Assembly (NCBI GenBank): GCA_943704425.1
Contig: CALSCP010001307.1
Coordinates: forward strand, 1 to 53,537
Source: Ministeria vibrans ATCC 50519
Lineage: Eukaryota > Protista > Filasterea
Length of the DNA stretch: 53,537 nt
Direction: 5' to 3'
Positions within the stretch are counted from its first letter, which is position 1; every line of letters starts with the position of its first letter. A program made the position numbers and the translations under genes. The notes below the pieces were generated by a model, which searched no databases, had not been told where the DNA came from, and was given only the letters and a program-made list of their open reading frames with translations. Below are positions 1 through 14,761 of the stretch, one piece after another.

Positions 1-69
1 AAAAAAAAAAAAAAAAAAAAAAAAAAAAGGTCTGTGAGGTTAACACAAAATTTAATGCACTTTGCTTAG

Positions 70-1108
70 AACTTCTTGGAGCATTCCGATGGTTTGTCTG
101 GCCCACACTGTTCAGCTGCTTTGTCCCGCAACCGGGGCGCGTCGTTCCCTTTGTCGAAGTGTTCCTGGCGGACGCACTGACGTCGCTGAGCAAGACGATT
201 GCGGACATGGAGGCAGCTGTGTGTGTGCTGTTTGCGCATGTGAGCGGGGACACGTCGACTGCCGCCAAAGCTGGTGCGAAGGCGGGCAGGGGGAGAAGGC
301 CCTTGATGGATTGTGCTCATGTGGGCGAGTGTTGTTTGTGTAGGTTGTTTACATTCGTTTCTGCAGCCCTTGGTGGTGAGCATTCCCTTTCTTATTCGCA
401 TGAGACAATGTCTCATCTCCGCCAGAGCGACCTCTGATGTTAGCAAAGTAACATAATAATAGCAATAGTTGAAAAGAAAACATCACTGACATCGGAATGC
501 GGTAGAGGAAAATGCACTATGTGAATGCAAGCAAGTACGCTGCCTCGCTGCCTGTGGTGTGGCTGTCGGCGCTGCAGAGGGACGATGGGTCGGGTAAGAG
601 AAAGGAGGGATAGAGAAACAAAGTGATAGATAGAGAGACGCGCGGTTTGTGGCGTATCACACGAGACAGTCTCCGTGTGTAAAGTGATACAAAACTCACT
701 CCTCCCTCCCATCATCGCAGGACTGACACTGCACGTCTTGTGGCTGCTCTGCGTCACCTTTAGCAGCACCTTCTCCTTCCTGTGGGATATTACGCAGGAC
801 TGGGGGCTCTTCCAAGACGACCGGTTTCTCCGGCCCACCCTCCTTATGGGTCCTCCCTTGGTCTACTTTGCCGCCATGGCTCTTGATCTCGTTCTGCGTG
901 TCACTTGGTCTCTTAAGCTCAGTGGCCATTTGCATCTCACCTCCGCCGAATTCATTCTGATGTTTGAGGTAGCACTTCTTATTTGCACTTGTTTTTCTTT
1001 CCTTATGACGTTGCTCTTTTTTTTTAGATTTGTGAAGTGTTTCGTCGCTTTATTTGGATTTTCTTTCGCATTGAGTGGGAACAGGTCAAAGGGTTAGCGC
1101 CAGTTTAA
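70..1108 (+). CDS. EXS-family (ERD1/XPR1/SYG1) membrane protein, ERD1-like; 5'-partial, multi-exon
   Basis: Spliced translation: FVEVFLADALTSLSKTIADME...PFLIRMRQCL...YVNASKYA...FSFLWDITQDWGL...LRP...DLVLRVTWSLKLS...EVFRRFIWIFFRIEWE, then TAA at 1106-1108. These are hallmark EXS motifs. Confidence 0.9.
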
Positions 1109-1547
1109 TTCGTAATAGTAATCTTCTTACTTTACTATTATAACATATATTTATTAGTGCTTTCCCTTTGTGCTGTCTTTGTAACTAAACATACCTCTGT
1201 TTGTACAATGAAAGTACAGTAAAAATATAAAATTGACTAAAGATAACTGAGTTCAGTGTGAGCAAAAGAGTAAACCCCAAATTGAAATGAACACCGCGTG
1301 TCACTTGTCTGTTGAACAATGAAACCAGTAATTATGACATTGGTTGCGTCATTTCTCTTTCTTTCCCAAACTGGTATTAATCAACCACAATGCCTCTCAA
1401 CGCTCCCTCCAATGTATAATAACCAAGACGTATTTTTACTTCCCAAAAGACCACACATACACACACAGACAAAGCACAAAATAACCCAGTGTCTCAACTC
1501 GTGTACAGACACATACAAATCAATTAAAGAGATAGAAACGGAAAAAG

Positions 1548-2992
1548 TCACAGAATGCAGCACTCAGCGGAGTGTGCCTCAGAAGGCACATCTAAAGCCC
1601 CTCTTCGCTCCCCTCCTACTTCACCACCACCGCCATTTCCAGCGTTCCCACTGAAACTTCCTCTCTGTCCTCCTCCTCCTCCTGCTCCACTCCCTGTCGT
1701 GCTGCTCCGCTTGCGCTTCTCCGCCTCGCTTCTCCGGTTCCGTCGGCGTGCGTCCTGTCGTGCCTTGGCCTTTACTTCCTCTGCGCACATCTCTCCACTT
1801 CCCGCCTTTTGCTCCTTTTGCACCTGCTCAATCAGCTTCAAATGTCCAATTCCCGCCAGCAGCGCAATCCGCTCCTGTCGTTTCTGCTCCCCAATCAAAT
1901 GCTTTGCCTGTGTCACTCGTCGATACGCATCCAACACAGTTTGCTATAATTATTATCAGAACAAAAACATTAACGTCACAAACACAAGTTTTTCTCTCTC
2001 TTCCTCTCTCTCTCTTTCTCGTACCAACGGGAGTGTGTCGTCAATGACCGCCTGAAGCACTCCCTCGTACGCCTCCTGTGCCATATCCATGGCGTTGTAC
2101 TGGAATAGCAGCACATCCATTCCCGCTTTTAGCGCTAAAACTCCAATTTCGCGCGGCTTTTTCTCTACAACAAAAACCCGAGTTCAAAATCTTTTGTTTG
2201 TTTGTTTGTTTGTTCTTTACCGTTGACAATGACTGGGGATGATAAATCGTCTGTGATAATAAGACCCCAAAAGGACAAATCGTCGCGCAGCATTTTGACA
2301 AGAATGTTGGAGAATGGAGAGCGGTTGTGCGGGTCAATCGCCGAAACGACCGAATTGGTCAACATCACCATTTCCATTTGATCTACATGGACACCCCCCT
2401 AATGAGGATTGTGGTGTGTTGGTGATTCGTCACGATTGCCGAACCTTCTACAAGGAGAGCGCGAAAGGGCGGGAGATCCTCAATGTCCATTTCGAGTCGC
2501 GAGTGGGAATTTGGGGTTGGATTTTTGAGAGGGTCATCTGATTCAATGCCCATTCCGGGAAATCGCACGGGACACGAGATGATGCCCGCTGAGCGCAGTC
2601 CGCGCGAGATGGCAAGTGCGCACACCTCAACGACGGACGCGTCGCGCGAGAAGGACCGCCCCAAATCGCCGAAAAAGTACTTCTTCTTCGACTGCGGCTC
2701 AATGTCGAGACAGGGCCCAATGCACACGTCAACGCCGACCGACGCCATCTCGACGCCCATCGCATGTCCAACACGCTCTGCAAACTGCACTGCGTTGCCT
2801 ACTGTGCGTGCCGATGGGAACAGCGAAAAGTTGGGTGGCTGAAAGGCCTCTTGGAAGTGCCCTCCCTTAAAGTAAACAACAACAACAGAAGTCAGAGAAA
2901 CGAAGAGAGAGAGGAGGAAGAAAGATCAATCAAAGAATCACAAGGTGGTACAGAGAGGAGTGTAAAAAACAGAAAAAATTAATATTAATATA

Positions 2993-3030
<38 letters not shown>

Positions 3031-3890
3031 TTATTATTATTATTATTATTATTCTTATTATTATTCTTATTATTATTATTATTCTTATTATTATTATTCT
3101 TATTATTATTATTATTATTATTATTCTTATTATTATTATTATTATTATATTTTTATGAAGGTCGACAGAGAGACGGAAAGAGACAGAAAGAGAAAAAGAG
3201 AAAGTAAAAACCAAAAAAAAAAAAGTTCCAAAATTTTCAGTAACAGAGAAAATCTCTCAAAGTAGTAAGACGTAAGTGCATAATTAATGTAAATTAAATA
3301 TTAATGATTATGGGTAAATAATACGAAAGTAGAGGAGTGCAGAACAATGGCAGATTAGGGCAATGATCATACTTCCCATTTCAGAGCAAACAACCAGCCA
3401 CATACCTCGTGGGCCGCTGCAATGGCAGGATTGCAGTCCAAGTCTTTGAGATTCCGCGCGACACGGGCGATTTCCGTTGCTGAGCGATCCGCAAAGAATT
3501 CCGGTCGAAGGTAAACAAAACCCGGTTGGAACGCCGTCACGCTCTCCATGGCGTTCTACGCATCCTCCGTGTTAGACGAATCCCTCATACATTGGGTATA
3601 TGGGTGCGCTCCAAAGGGAGACAGCCAGCGTGCGCCCCAGCGCGTCGTTTGCGGGATGAGAGAGATTAATGTTGTTGCGGTCAAAAGAACGCTGACGATC
3701 TAGCGACCGCCACAGTGAACAGATGCGCTGCGAGCCGTACCCCATCGACGCCAATCATGAACAGCTGCTTGATAGCCTCCTCGATGGTCACGCCAATAGG
3801 CAGTTTGGTGATTTTGGTGCGTTTTGCGCAAGTGTGACGACGCTTTGTCGACGGACGGCGTGTCGCAAGTTCCGGCACGCTCTTGGACAT
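1548..3890 (-). CDS. Glycoside hydrolase family 3 (NagZ/beta-hexosaminidase-like) N-terminal-domain protein with degenerate active site and basic C-terminal tail; about 6 exons
   Basis: Spliced: IKQLFMIG...IAAAHE|GG...FPSARTVG...GVDVCIGPCLDI...GRSFS...RFPGMG...DLPPFRAL...LRDDLSFWGLIITDDL...ALKAGMDVLL...LDAYRRV. The motif order follows the GH3 TIM barrel. Confidence 0.85.
2995..3148. repeat. (ATT)n microsatellite with CTT interruptions, intronic
   Basis: Directly visible, inside the long intron of the GH3-like gene. Confidence 0.95.
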
Positions 3891-4172
3891 TTATAGGCTA
3901 TAGCGGCGCTGATGACTCTTGATCCGTGTATATGAGTTCAATTTTGATGGTTGATCGAACTCGAGAGCTCAGCAAAGGAACAATAATTAATGTTAGTCAA
4001 TGACTTTAGTTTCACTTGTTCATATTAATTCTCCTCCTTCCCTCACTTTCTCTTTTCTCGCGCTCTCTCTCACTATCTCTGCGCCAAGAAATCTTGCAAT
4101 CTGACTTTACTTTGTGATCGCAGCTGTGAGCTGTCACGCAGCTCTCTGTGGTCTGTGCCTTCTCATATAGAC

Positions 4173-4487
4173 ATGGATGGATTCGATTCGCATGAAGTGA
4201 AAAGGTTCTTTGCAACCGCCCAAGCAGCGTCAATGTCGCGGGTTGTTGACGGAAAAGCAGGTAGAGGCCTTGAAAATGGATGCTCTGGAGTGTGAACTCG
4301 TCGTTCGTTCTCGTGCTGTGTGTTATTCTCAGAACTGCATTTGAATGACAGTGGTGGTTACCATGACGACCTCTCTCACGCACGCAACGTGGAACCAAGC
4401 GCATTCCTTGAGGAAGCAGTCTACCTGATCGAGCACGCCTCCAGTCCGAGGCCCAACCAGTTGAGCGTGAACAAGAGTGGCAAATGA
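4173..4487 (+). CDS. Putative small (~80 aa) two-exon orphan protein
   Basis: ATG 4173, GT-AG intron 4261-4332, TGA 4485-4487; gives MDGFDSHEVKRFFATAQAASMSRVVDGKAELHLNDSGGYHDDLSHARNVEPSAFLEEAVYLIEHASSPRPNQLSVNKSGK. No recognisable homology. Confidence 0.4.
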
Positions 4488-4731
4488 TCAGACGAACACA
4501 ATTCCCCGGTACAGACGAAGCGGGCTCTGTCCGGGTGCGTTGCACTCGCTCGCACAAGTGACAACACTCAGATGACCGAAGCAGACTGAGAAAACGTGCA
4601 ATGAAGCGTGAGCGTGTGCGAAATGAAACTCATTTCTTTCCCAGATCGATTTACAATTTAGTCAACAAATTTTTTTTTCTTTCTGAACTTTCACACACTT
4701 TGTTGTCTACAGAATCACGTGTTACAGTAGC

Positions 4732-6446
4732 ATGAGCGTCGACTTGTGGAAAATCCAAAACGAGCTGATTGCGGCGGACGAGACAGTGACAAAGAGCAGT
4801 GGACGGATGCTGAACTTCGGTGGTGGAGCTGCTGCTGCCACGCCTGTTGAAGAGCCCCCCAAGACGGAGGTGCGCAGTAGCCTGGCCATGTGTGCCTGTG
4901 TGGCTAGGCCACGTGTGTGCTGGATGTCTCTGATGTTCCCTCTAGAAAAAGTACAAGTGGTCAACGTCACTCGACACAAAGTATGTCTTCCCCTTTGCCA
5001 CGGCCACAGCGCACAAGGACATCTCCGCCATTGACTGGTCCTCGGCCAAGGGCGTGGCTCGCTCCGAGTCCGGTGCCGAGGGCGTCTTCTTCGTGGAAAC
5101 GCCCGTGGGCGCCATTGTTGTCAAGGGCTCTCGTTCACTCGGCTCCGAATTCTTTGCGTCGCTTCTCAGTCTGCGCCTCGGTGTCCTTGCTCCACGCAGC
5201 CGTGTCTTGTCTACCAACTCTGAAGAAGGTTTGTCTGCGACCCTCGCGTCGGCCCGTCTCACTCAATCGTCTCTTGTGGTACTTTGGTAGGCATTGCAAT
5301 GCTCAAGAAACTCAAGTCGCTTGACCCCACTTGGCAAGTGGTCACCTGTCTCCACGACCAGTCCCATGTTCTTCTCAAGGTACGACACTTTTACAAAACA
5401 TTATGTGGCAAATCTATGTATCCTTACCCTGTACAACACACACACTCACTCACTCACTCACTCACACACACACACACACACACACGCAGGAGTATGTAGG
5501 TGGCGGTCAGAACCTGGGGAGTGCGCGTGACGATGAATCGCTGTTTCTCAGTGGTGGAGAGGTCAGTAAAGCAGGCAGGATCCGCCTTAGGGACATAGGA
5601 CGGTACACAGACATTAGGGTTAGGGTTAGGATTAAAGTTACTTTTCTCTTATTTCTAGGTTGATGGTGACAGACGTGCTGATGAACAACGGAGACCGTCT
5701 GCCGCTCGTGTGGGCCAACGCGGGTAATGCGGGTAATGTCATGTTCTGTGCAGGCTATTCCGCCATTGTCACTAACATCGACAGCCAAATGACCAGCATT
5801 AACGCTCACAAATTCCCCAAAGAGTTCCAACAGGTTTTTACCACGCACTTGCACGCTCATGCACTCTAATCATAATCCAATTGTAGTATGTTGATCGCGT
5901 TGGCTCATTGGTTGAACGACTCTCGTCCAATTATGACTCGTCTTCACATGAAATCAAATCGGTCGTTGTCGACTTTGACCCCGTGCGAACGAGCATTCTC
6001 CAAGTCAGACTCACACTAAGCGCACACAATGTTACAAATCATCTTTACACATACTCGCTATTGATCAGTGATTGACTCACTCACTCACGTCTCCCTCACA
6101 TCTCCCTCCCATTACTCACTGACACTCGCCCAATCACTTTGCAGCACACTGGAATCGATGTGGGCTCAATGGGAATGAATGAACTTGCAACGGGTTTTGT
6201 CCAGGGAATTCGCTCACTCAAGGCCAATCCACTCACCGAGGCTCAGCTCAACCTATGGCTATCAGGTTCAAAACAGCCCCTTTCCCGTAATAGAAATATT
6301 GATACGCTTTCTTTTTAGGAATGACTTCGCATTCTCAGTCGTCTGACGGTTCTGAAGCGGACAATCCGTTTGTCGGTCTTGAAAATGTCTCGGTGGACTT
6401 TCTGATGGCCATTCAGAATGTCCTTCTCTCAACCAACTTTGACTGA
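4732..6446 (+). CDS. Actin-fragmin kinase (AFK) family, catalytic domain only; multi-exon
   Basis: LWKIQNEL...IDWSSAKGVARSESGAEGVFFVETPVGAIVVK...SEFFASLLSLRLGVLAP...DVLMNNGDRLPLVWANAGNAGNVMF...IDSQ...TGIDVG closely follows the Physarum AFK catalytic domain as I recall it. Confidence 0.88.
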
Positions 6447-6712
6447 ATGATTCTCAAACATTTCTCAAACGAATGAAACTCAAAAATGGATCAAACGAAA
6501 CTGAAATTTATCATAGTCACACACAAACCATCCATAATACTGGGTCCCAACTCAATAGTTCAAATATATATAAATATATATATTATAATTATAATAAATA
6601 TAAAATTATATAAAAGAAAACCTTCTCGTCGAAAATCTCCAAACACTTTTGTCTCACTAATAACATTATTGACAATTTCCTATTACTAAATTTTAATGGT
6701 ATTGCACCCACA

Positions 6713-8564
6713 TCAAAGCAACTGGTCCATTCCCGGAAGTTCCTTCAACAAATCCCTAAAAACGAAAAAAAAAAAAACGAAACAATGCGGAAAAACGAAA
6801 AAAGGTTACTTGACTCAAAAAAACAAACAAAAAAAGACTTACAGTGCGACAGTGAGTCGACTGAGTGACGTTGAAAGTGGTAAAGTGCGCTCCATAGTCC
6901 CATGCAGTCTCTCAATCATTTCCCTTCCAATCAAATCTGTTTCGTCTTCTTCCATTTCGTTCGTGTCGCTCCTTTCGCTCTTGAGACTCTGCTCTATCAG
7001 AGTTTCGTCTAACAGTGCCTTTTCCGTTCCGCTCATTTCCTCAAATTCTTCACTCTCCTATAAAATAATCGCAAAAAGAATTATTATTCTTTTGCTCTCT
7101 CTTTTGAATGTATTGTACCTTTGCGCTTTGCAATTTTTGTTTTAATTCTGCAATTTCTCGATCAATTTCGTCCAATTTCACGTCCAAAAGACTCTCCGCT
7201 CTAAACAGAAAGGGAAAAGAGACGAGAGAGAGAAAAGAGAAGAGACCATTAGGATATCATTAAGGTCAAGGTAATCGGATTAAATAGAGTTCCTATTTCC
7301 ACTAACACTTTATCACACAGACACACACAAACACGAAGCACACAATACGCACACACAGATTCGTTTTGTCCCACACTAACGAGGCTTACACTGCGTCTGA
7401 GTCTATGGCACTCTGAATACGTCTGATATCGCCAGTGCCCTGAAAGACCTTCTCCTCCAAACGCGCAATGACACCCGATTGAGTGTCCGTCGACAGGGTG
7501 AAGAATCGCTTTGGGAGTGTCATGCGAGTGGGCACTTGCACGTGCGCCAGAAGAAGAACATATCGAGCTCGTAACCGTTGCAAATGATGCTACAAGAAGA
7601 AAGAAAAACTCTCAGAAGACTCACACAAAGCCTAAGCACTAATACTAAGCTACACGCACACACACACTAATCACTAAGCTACACACACTAAGCACACACA
7701 CACGCAACTCACACACATTTTGTTTCTTTTTCTCTCTCGCATGCACACACACACACTTACCACAATCTCGTTAGACTCGTCTGAATTTCGTTCGCGGTAC
7801 ACAATACGTTGCATGATCGAGTCAAAGACCTCCAAGAGATGTCTGCGCTGCGTCGGCTGCAGTGGCTTCCACTGTTGTAACTGTCCAATGGGCATATCGA
7901 TTGTGCTAATGGTCACCGCCGGTTCTGCTGTGTCTGGATTCACCAGCTTCCGCACGCCCAGTCGTGCCAGTCGCTCGCGGCGGTACTGGTCTTCTTGTCG
8001 TTCTACAGAGCAATACACCACAAAGTGGAGTTGTTTGAGGAGAGTCGCTGATTGTGTGTAATGCATTAAGTGTCTACCAGCGTCTGTCATGTCTCGTCGC
8101 GCTTTCTTGCCGACTCTCCCACCGCGCGACGCCTCTTCCCGGGGCCCCTCGGCGTCGCTGAGAACCTCGTCTTCATCTGACTCTCCGTCACTCCACCGTC
8201 GCTTCGTCTCCTTGATCCTCTCACGGCGCACAGTTCGCTTTGGCGGCGCACGGACGCTTTTCGGTCTGGACACAACAGTCTTCTTGGCAACGGCCGTCTG
8301 GGCCTTCTTGGCCTTTGCCGCCGCCACATGTGCCTTCTTCGTTGCCTTTTCGGTCTGTCCCGGCGGCACAGAGGGCAGCACCAAGTCCTGGTCCGAGTCA
8401 GAGTTTGAATTTGAGTCTGAGTCTCTTTCCTCTTCTTCTTCTTCTTCTTCTTCTTCTTCTTCTTCTTCTTCAACCACCACGGGATCCTCCTCTTCTTCGT
8501 CCGAGTCAGCGGCGGTCTGTCTCGTTCGACGGCTTCGCGGCGTAGCAGCACTGCGCGAACTCAT
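6713..8564 (-). CDS. CENP-Q/Okp1-like inner kinetochore protein with acidic/basic disordered N-terminus (alternative in-frame ATG at 8627)
   Basis: WKPLQPTQRRHLLEVFDSIMQRIV...NEIV|HHLQRLRARYVLLLAHVQVP resembles the vertebrate CENP-Q segment WQPLS..TRDHLQ..MES..........EEIQYHL..LK.RL......LKVP, followed by coiled coil (LDEIDREIAELKQKLQ). Confidence 0.6.
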
Positions 8565-8600
8565 TGCGATTCGTAAAAAAGGTTTGTTTTCGTTTTTGAT

Positions 8601-8612
8601 TTTTGGCGCGCG
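8601..8612 (+). promoter_or_regulatory. E2F-like site (TTTTGGCGCG) in the divergent promoter between CENP-Q-like and RFC2
   Basis: Matches TTTSSCGC consensus; lies in the ~150-bp gap between two cell-cycle genes. Confidence 0.45.
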
Positions 8613-8716
8613 ATCAAAGTTCGCCATTCAATTGATCACAAAGATCAAAAAGGTTAAACTCCTTTCGGCCGCGCCATTCCAATTTTACTTCTTTTTACAG
8701 TCTTCTATCAGTTATC

Positions 8717-10248
<1,532 letters not shown>

Positions 10249-10399
10249 GGACACTCACACGCGCTCACACACCTCACACACATCTTTCTTCTGATCATAC
10301 TTTTGTCGTTTCAGAGTGTACTCTTCTCTTTCTGCTTTTCTTCATGCTTATTGAGTGATCTTTGACCTTCTTCTTTTATTTTTCTTGATTGAGTGCGGT

Positions 10400-12852
<2,453 letters not shown>

Positions 12853-12943
12853 TGCGAATGTAACGGATGACGAAAATGACACAAGACAGTGATTAGAGTT
12901 TTGAGTTTTTCTTTTGATTTGACTGTCTTTTGACAGATCAGTC

Positions 12944-13987
12944 ATGTTCTTCTTCTTATTCGCAGTTGCTATTGTGCTCAGCTCACCGGCTGCTCTTGGC
13001 GCTACTGCAAGCCAGGTGGTTGGTGTAAATGGTGACACGTACGTGGCGGCCGTCGTTGAATTCTCGCCTGAGATCTCGACCCAGCCGCTCTCACGCGCCG
13101 ATGCGGTTTCGCTCATGATGCGAAATCTGGCACAGTACCAAAGGTGGGCTGCCGATGCGGCAGCGCAGGGTGCCGACATCATTGTCTTCCCCGAAGACGG
13201 CCTCTACGGCCACGAGTTCCCCACACGCGACTCGATTTCGCCCTATCTGGAGGCGGTTCCCGCTGCGGGCGCCAACCTGTGCGTGTCGGGCAACCACAGC
13301 GCCACGCCCGTCGGCACGGCCCTCTCGTGCCTCGCCCGCGACACCCGCATGGTGGTGGTTGCCTGCTACGGCGAGTACGAGGCGTGCAGCGCGTGTGCGG
13401 ACGGACGCCGCCAGTTCAACACGCAGGTGGCGTTTGACGCAGACGGCACGACGCTTGCGCGCTACCGCAAGAGCCACCTCTACCTGAACGAGCCGCAATT
13501 CAACTCGCCCGTCGGCGGACCCGATCCGGCTGTGTTCACGCCCGTCGCCGCCAAGAACCTTGTGTCAGTGACGTTTGGCATGGCTATATGCTACGACATC
13601 ATGTACAAGCGCCCGGTCATGGACTACGTCATCCGCGACACCCGGCACATCGTTGTGAGCCACTGGTGGGTGAACACCCCGCCAAGCATGACAGCGACTA
13701 TGTACCACCAAGCATACGCACGCGAGCTCAACATTGTGCTGTTGGCAAGCAACGGCGTCGACCGTCACGCTGCCTGGAACAACTCCGGTGCGGGCATCTA
13801 CGCCGCAGGAGACATTCTCGCAACCTACTTCAACCCCACACAGAGTCCCCTCAACAAACTTCTCCTCGCCACAGTCCCTAAAGACGTAAGAGAATAAAAC
13901 GACCCAAAATCGTGTAACCATAACATATTCTCCGACATACGCAGTTTGGTGCGTCGCCAGTCGCAACTGACTGTAATCGAATCCCTC

Positions 13988-14033
<46 letters not shown>

Positions 14034-14580
14034 GCAACAGCAACAGCAACAACAACCTCCACCTTTCCACTCCATTGTTCACTCGCAACCCCACATGCCT
14101 GCGGGGCAATGGGGCTGGCAGACCTTCCGTGCACTTCCAAACACACAGCTTGAGCTCACTTCCTCCTCCGGTTCCTTCCAGTGCTATGCGTCCTTTACCG
14201 TCGCACCTCACTCCCCATCCACGCCTGCCGAATCACTCATTTACGGCGTCCTTGCCTACGCGGGTGGCTGGAACAACCAGTATTACGAGGAGCACTGCGG
14301 ACTGTATCGCTGTGCGTCCATCGATGACTGTCGTCCAGTCGTCACCGATGCACACTCCCTCTTCTCGTCTGTATACCTGTATGCCACACACACCCAGACG
14401 GGCCTCACGCCATTCCCCATGGTTGCCACTCACAATGCTCAGCTGGTCAACCAGAGTCACTTTATTGTCTCACACGGCACTTCCTATGCACATGACTTTA
14501 CTCTCATTGAGTCGCTCGACAGTGCTCTAACCGTTCCTCTCCTTGCTTTCTCAATCGTCGCAATTCACATGAAACCCTGA
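12944..14580 (+). CDS. Secreted vanin/pantetheinase/biotinidase-family nitrilase; two exons (intron 13886-13944)
   Basis: Signal peptide; YVAAVVE; GADIIVFPEDG (Glu), ARYRKSHL (Lys), FGMAICYDI (Cys) triad; FNTQVAFD; C-terminal vanin base domain (FQC...HCGLYRC). Confidence 0.9.
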
Positions 14581-14740
14581 ACAAAGTGCAATACATATAT
14601 GTATGTTGTTTTTATTTTTTCTCAGTCGTCTCAGCTTATATGAAACCCTTGACAAATTACAACAATGTATGTTGTTTTTATTCACGTGAACCCCTAAACA
14701 AATTGCAATACAAAAATATTTGCTGTTTTATTTTTACAAG
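14569..14740. repeat. Three imperfect tandem copies of a ~50-70-bp unit
   Basis: Unit TGAA(A)CCCT..ACAAA.T.CAA.......T.TG.TGTTTT(T)ATT starts at ~14570, ~14641 and ~14687. Confidence 0.75.
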
Positions 14741-14761
14741 AACTTTTTTGTGTACTTTCTG

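Noticed and set aside
1-28. Poly(A) as a retrocopy tail
   Set aside because: At the window edge and followed by an acceptor of an intron-containing gene; probably an intronic A-tract.
13946-14530. Poly-Asn ORF
   Set aside because: Wrong frame; the spliced vanin frame reads poly-Gln.
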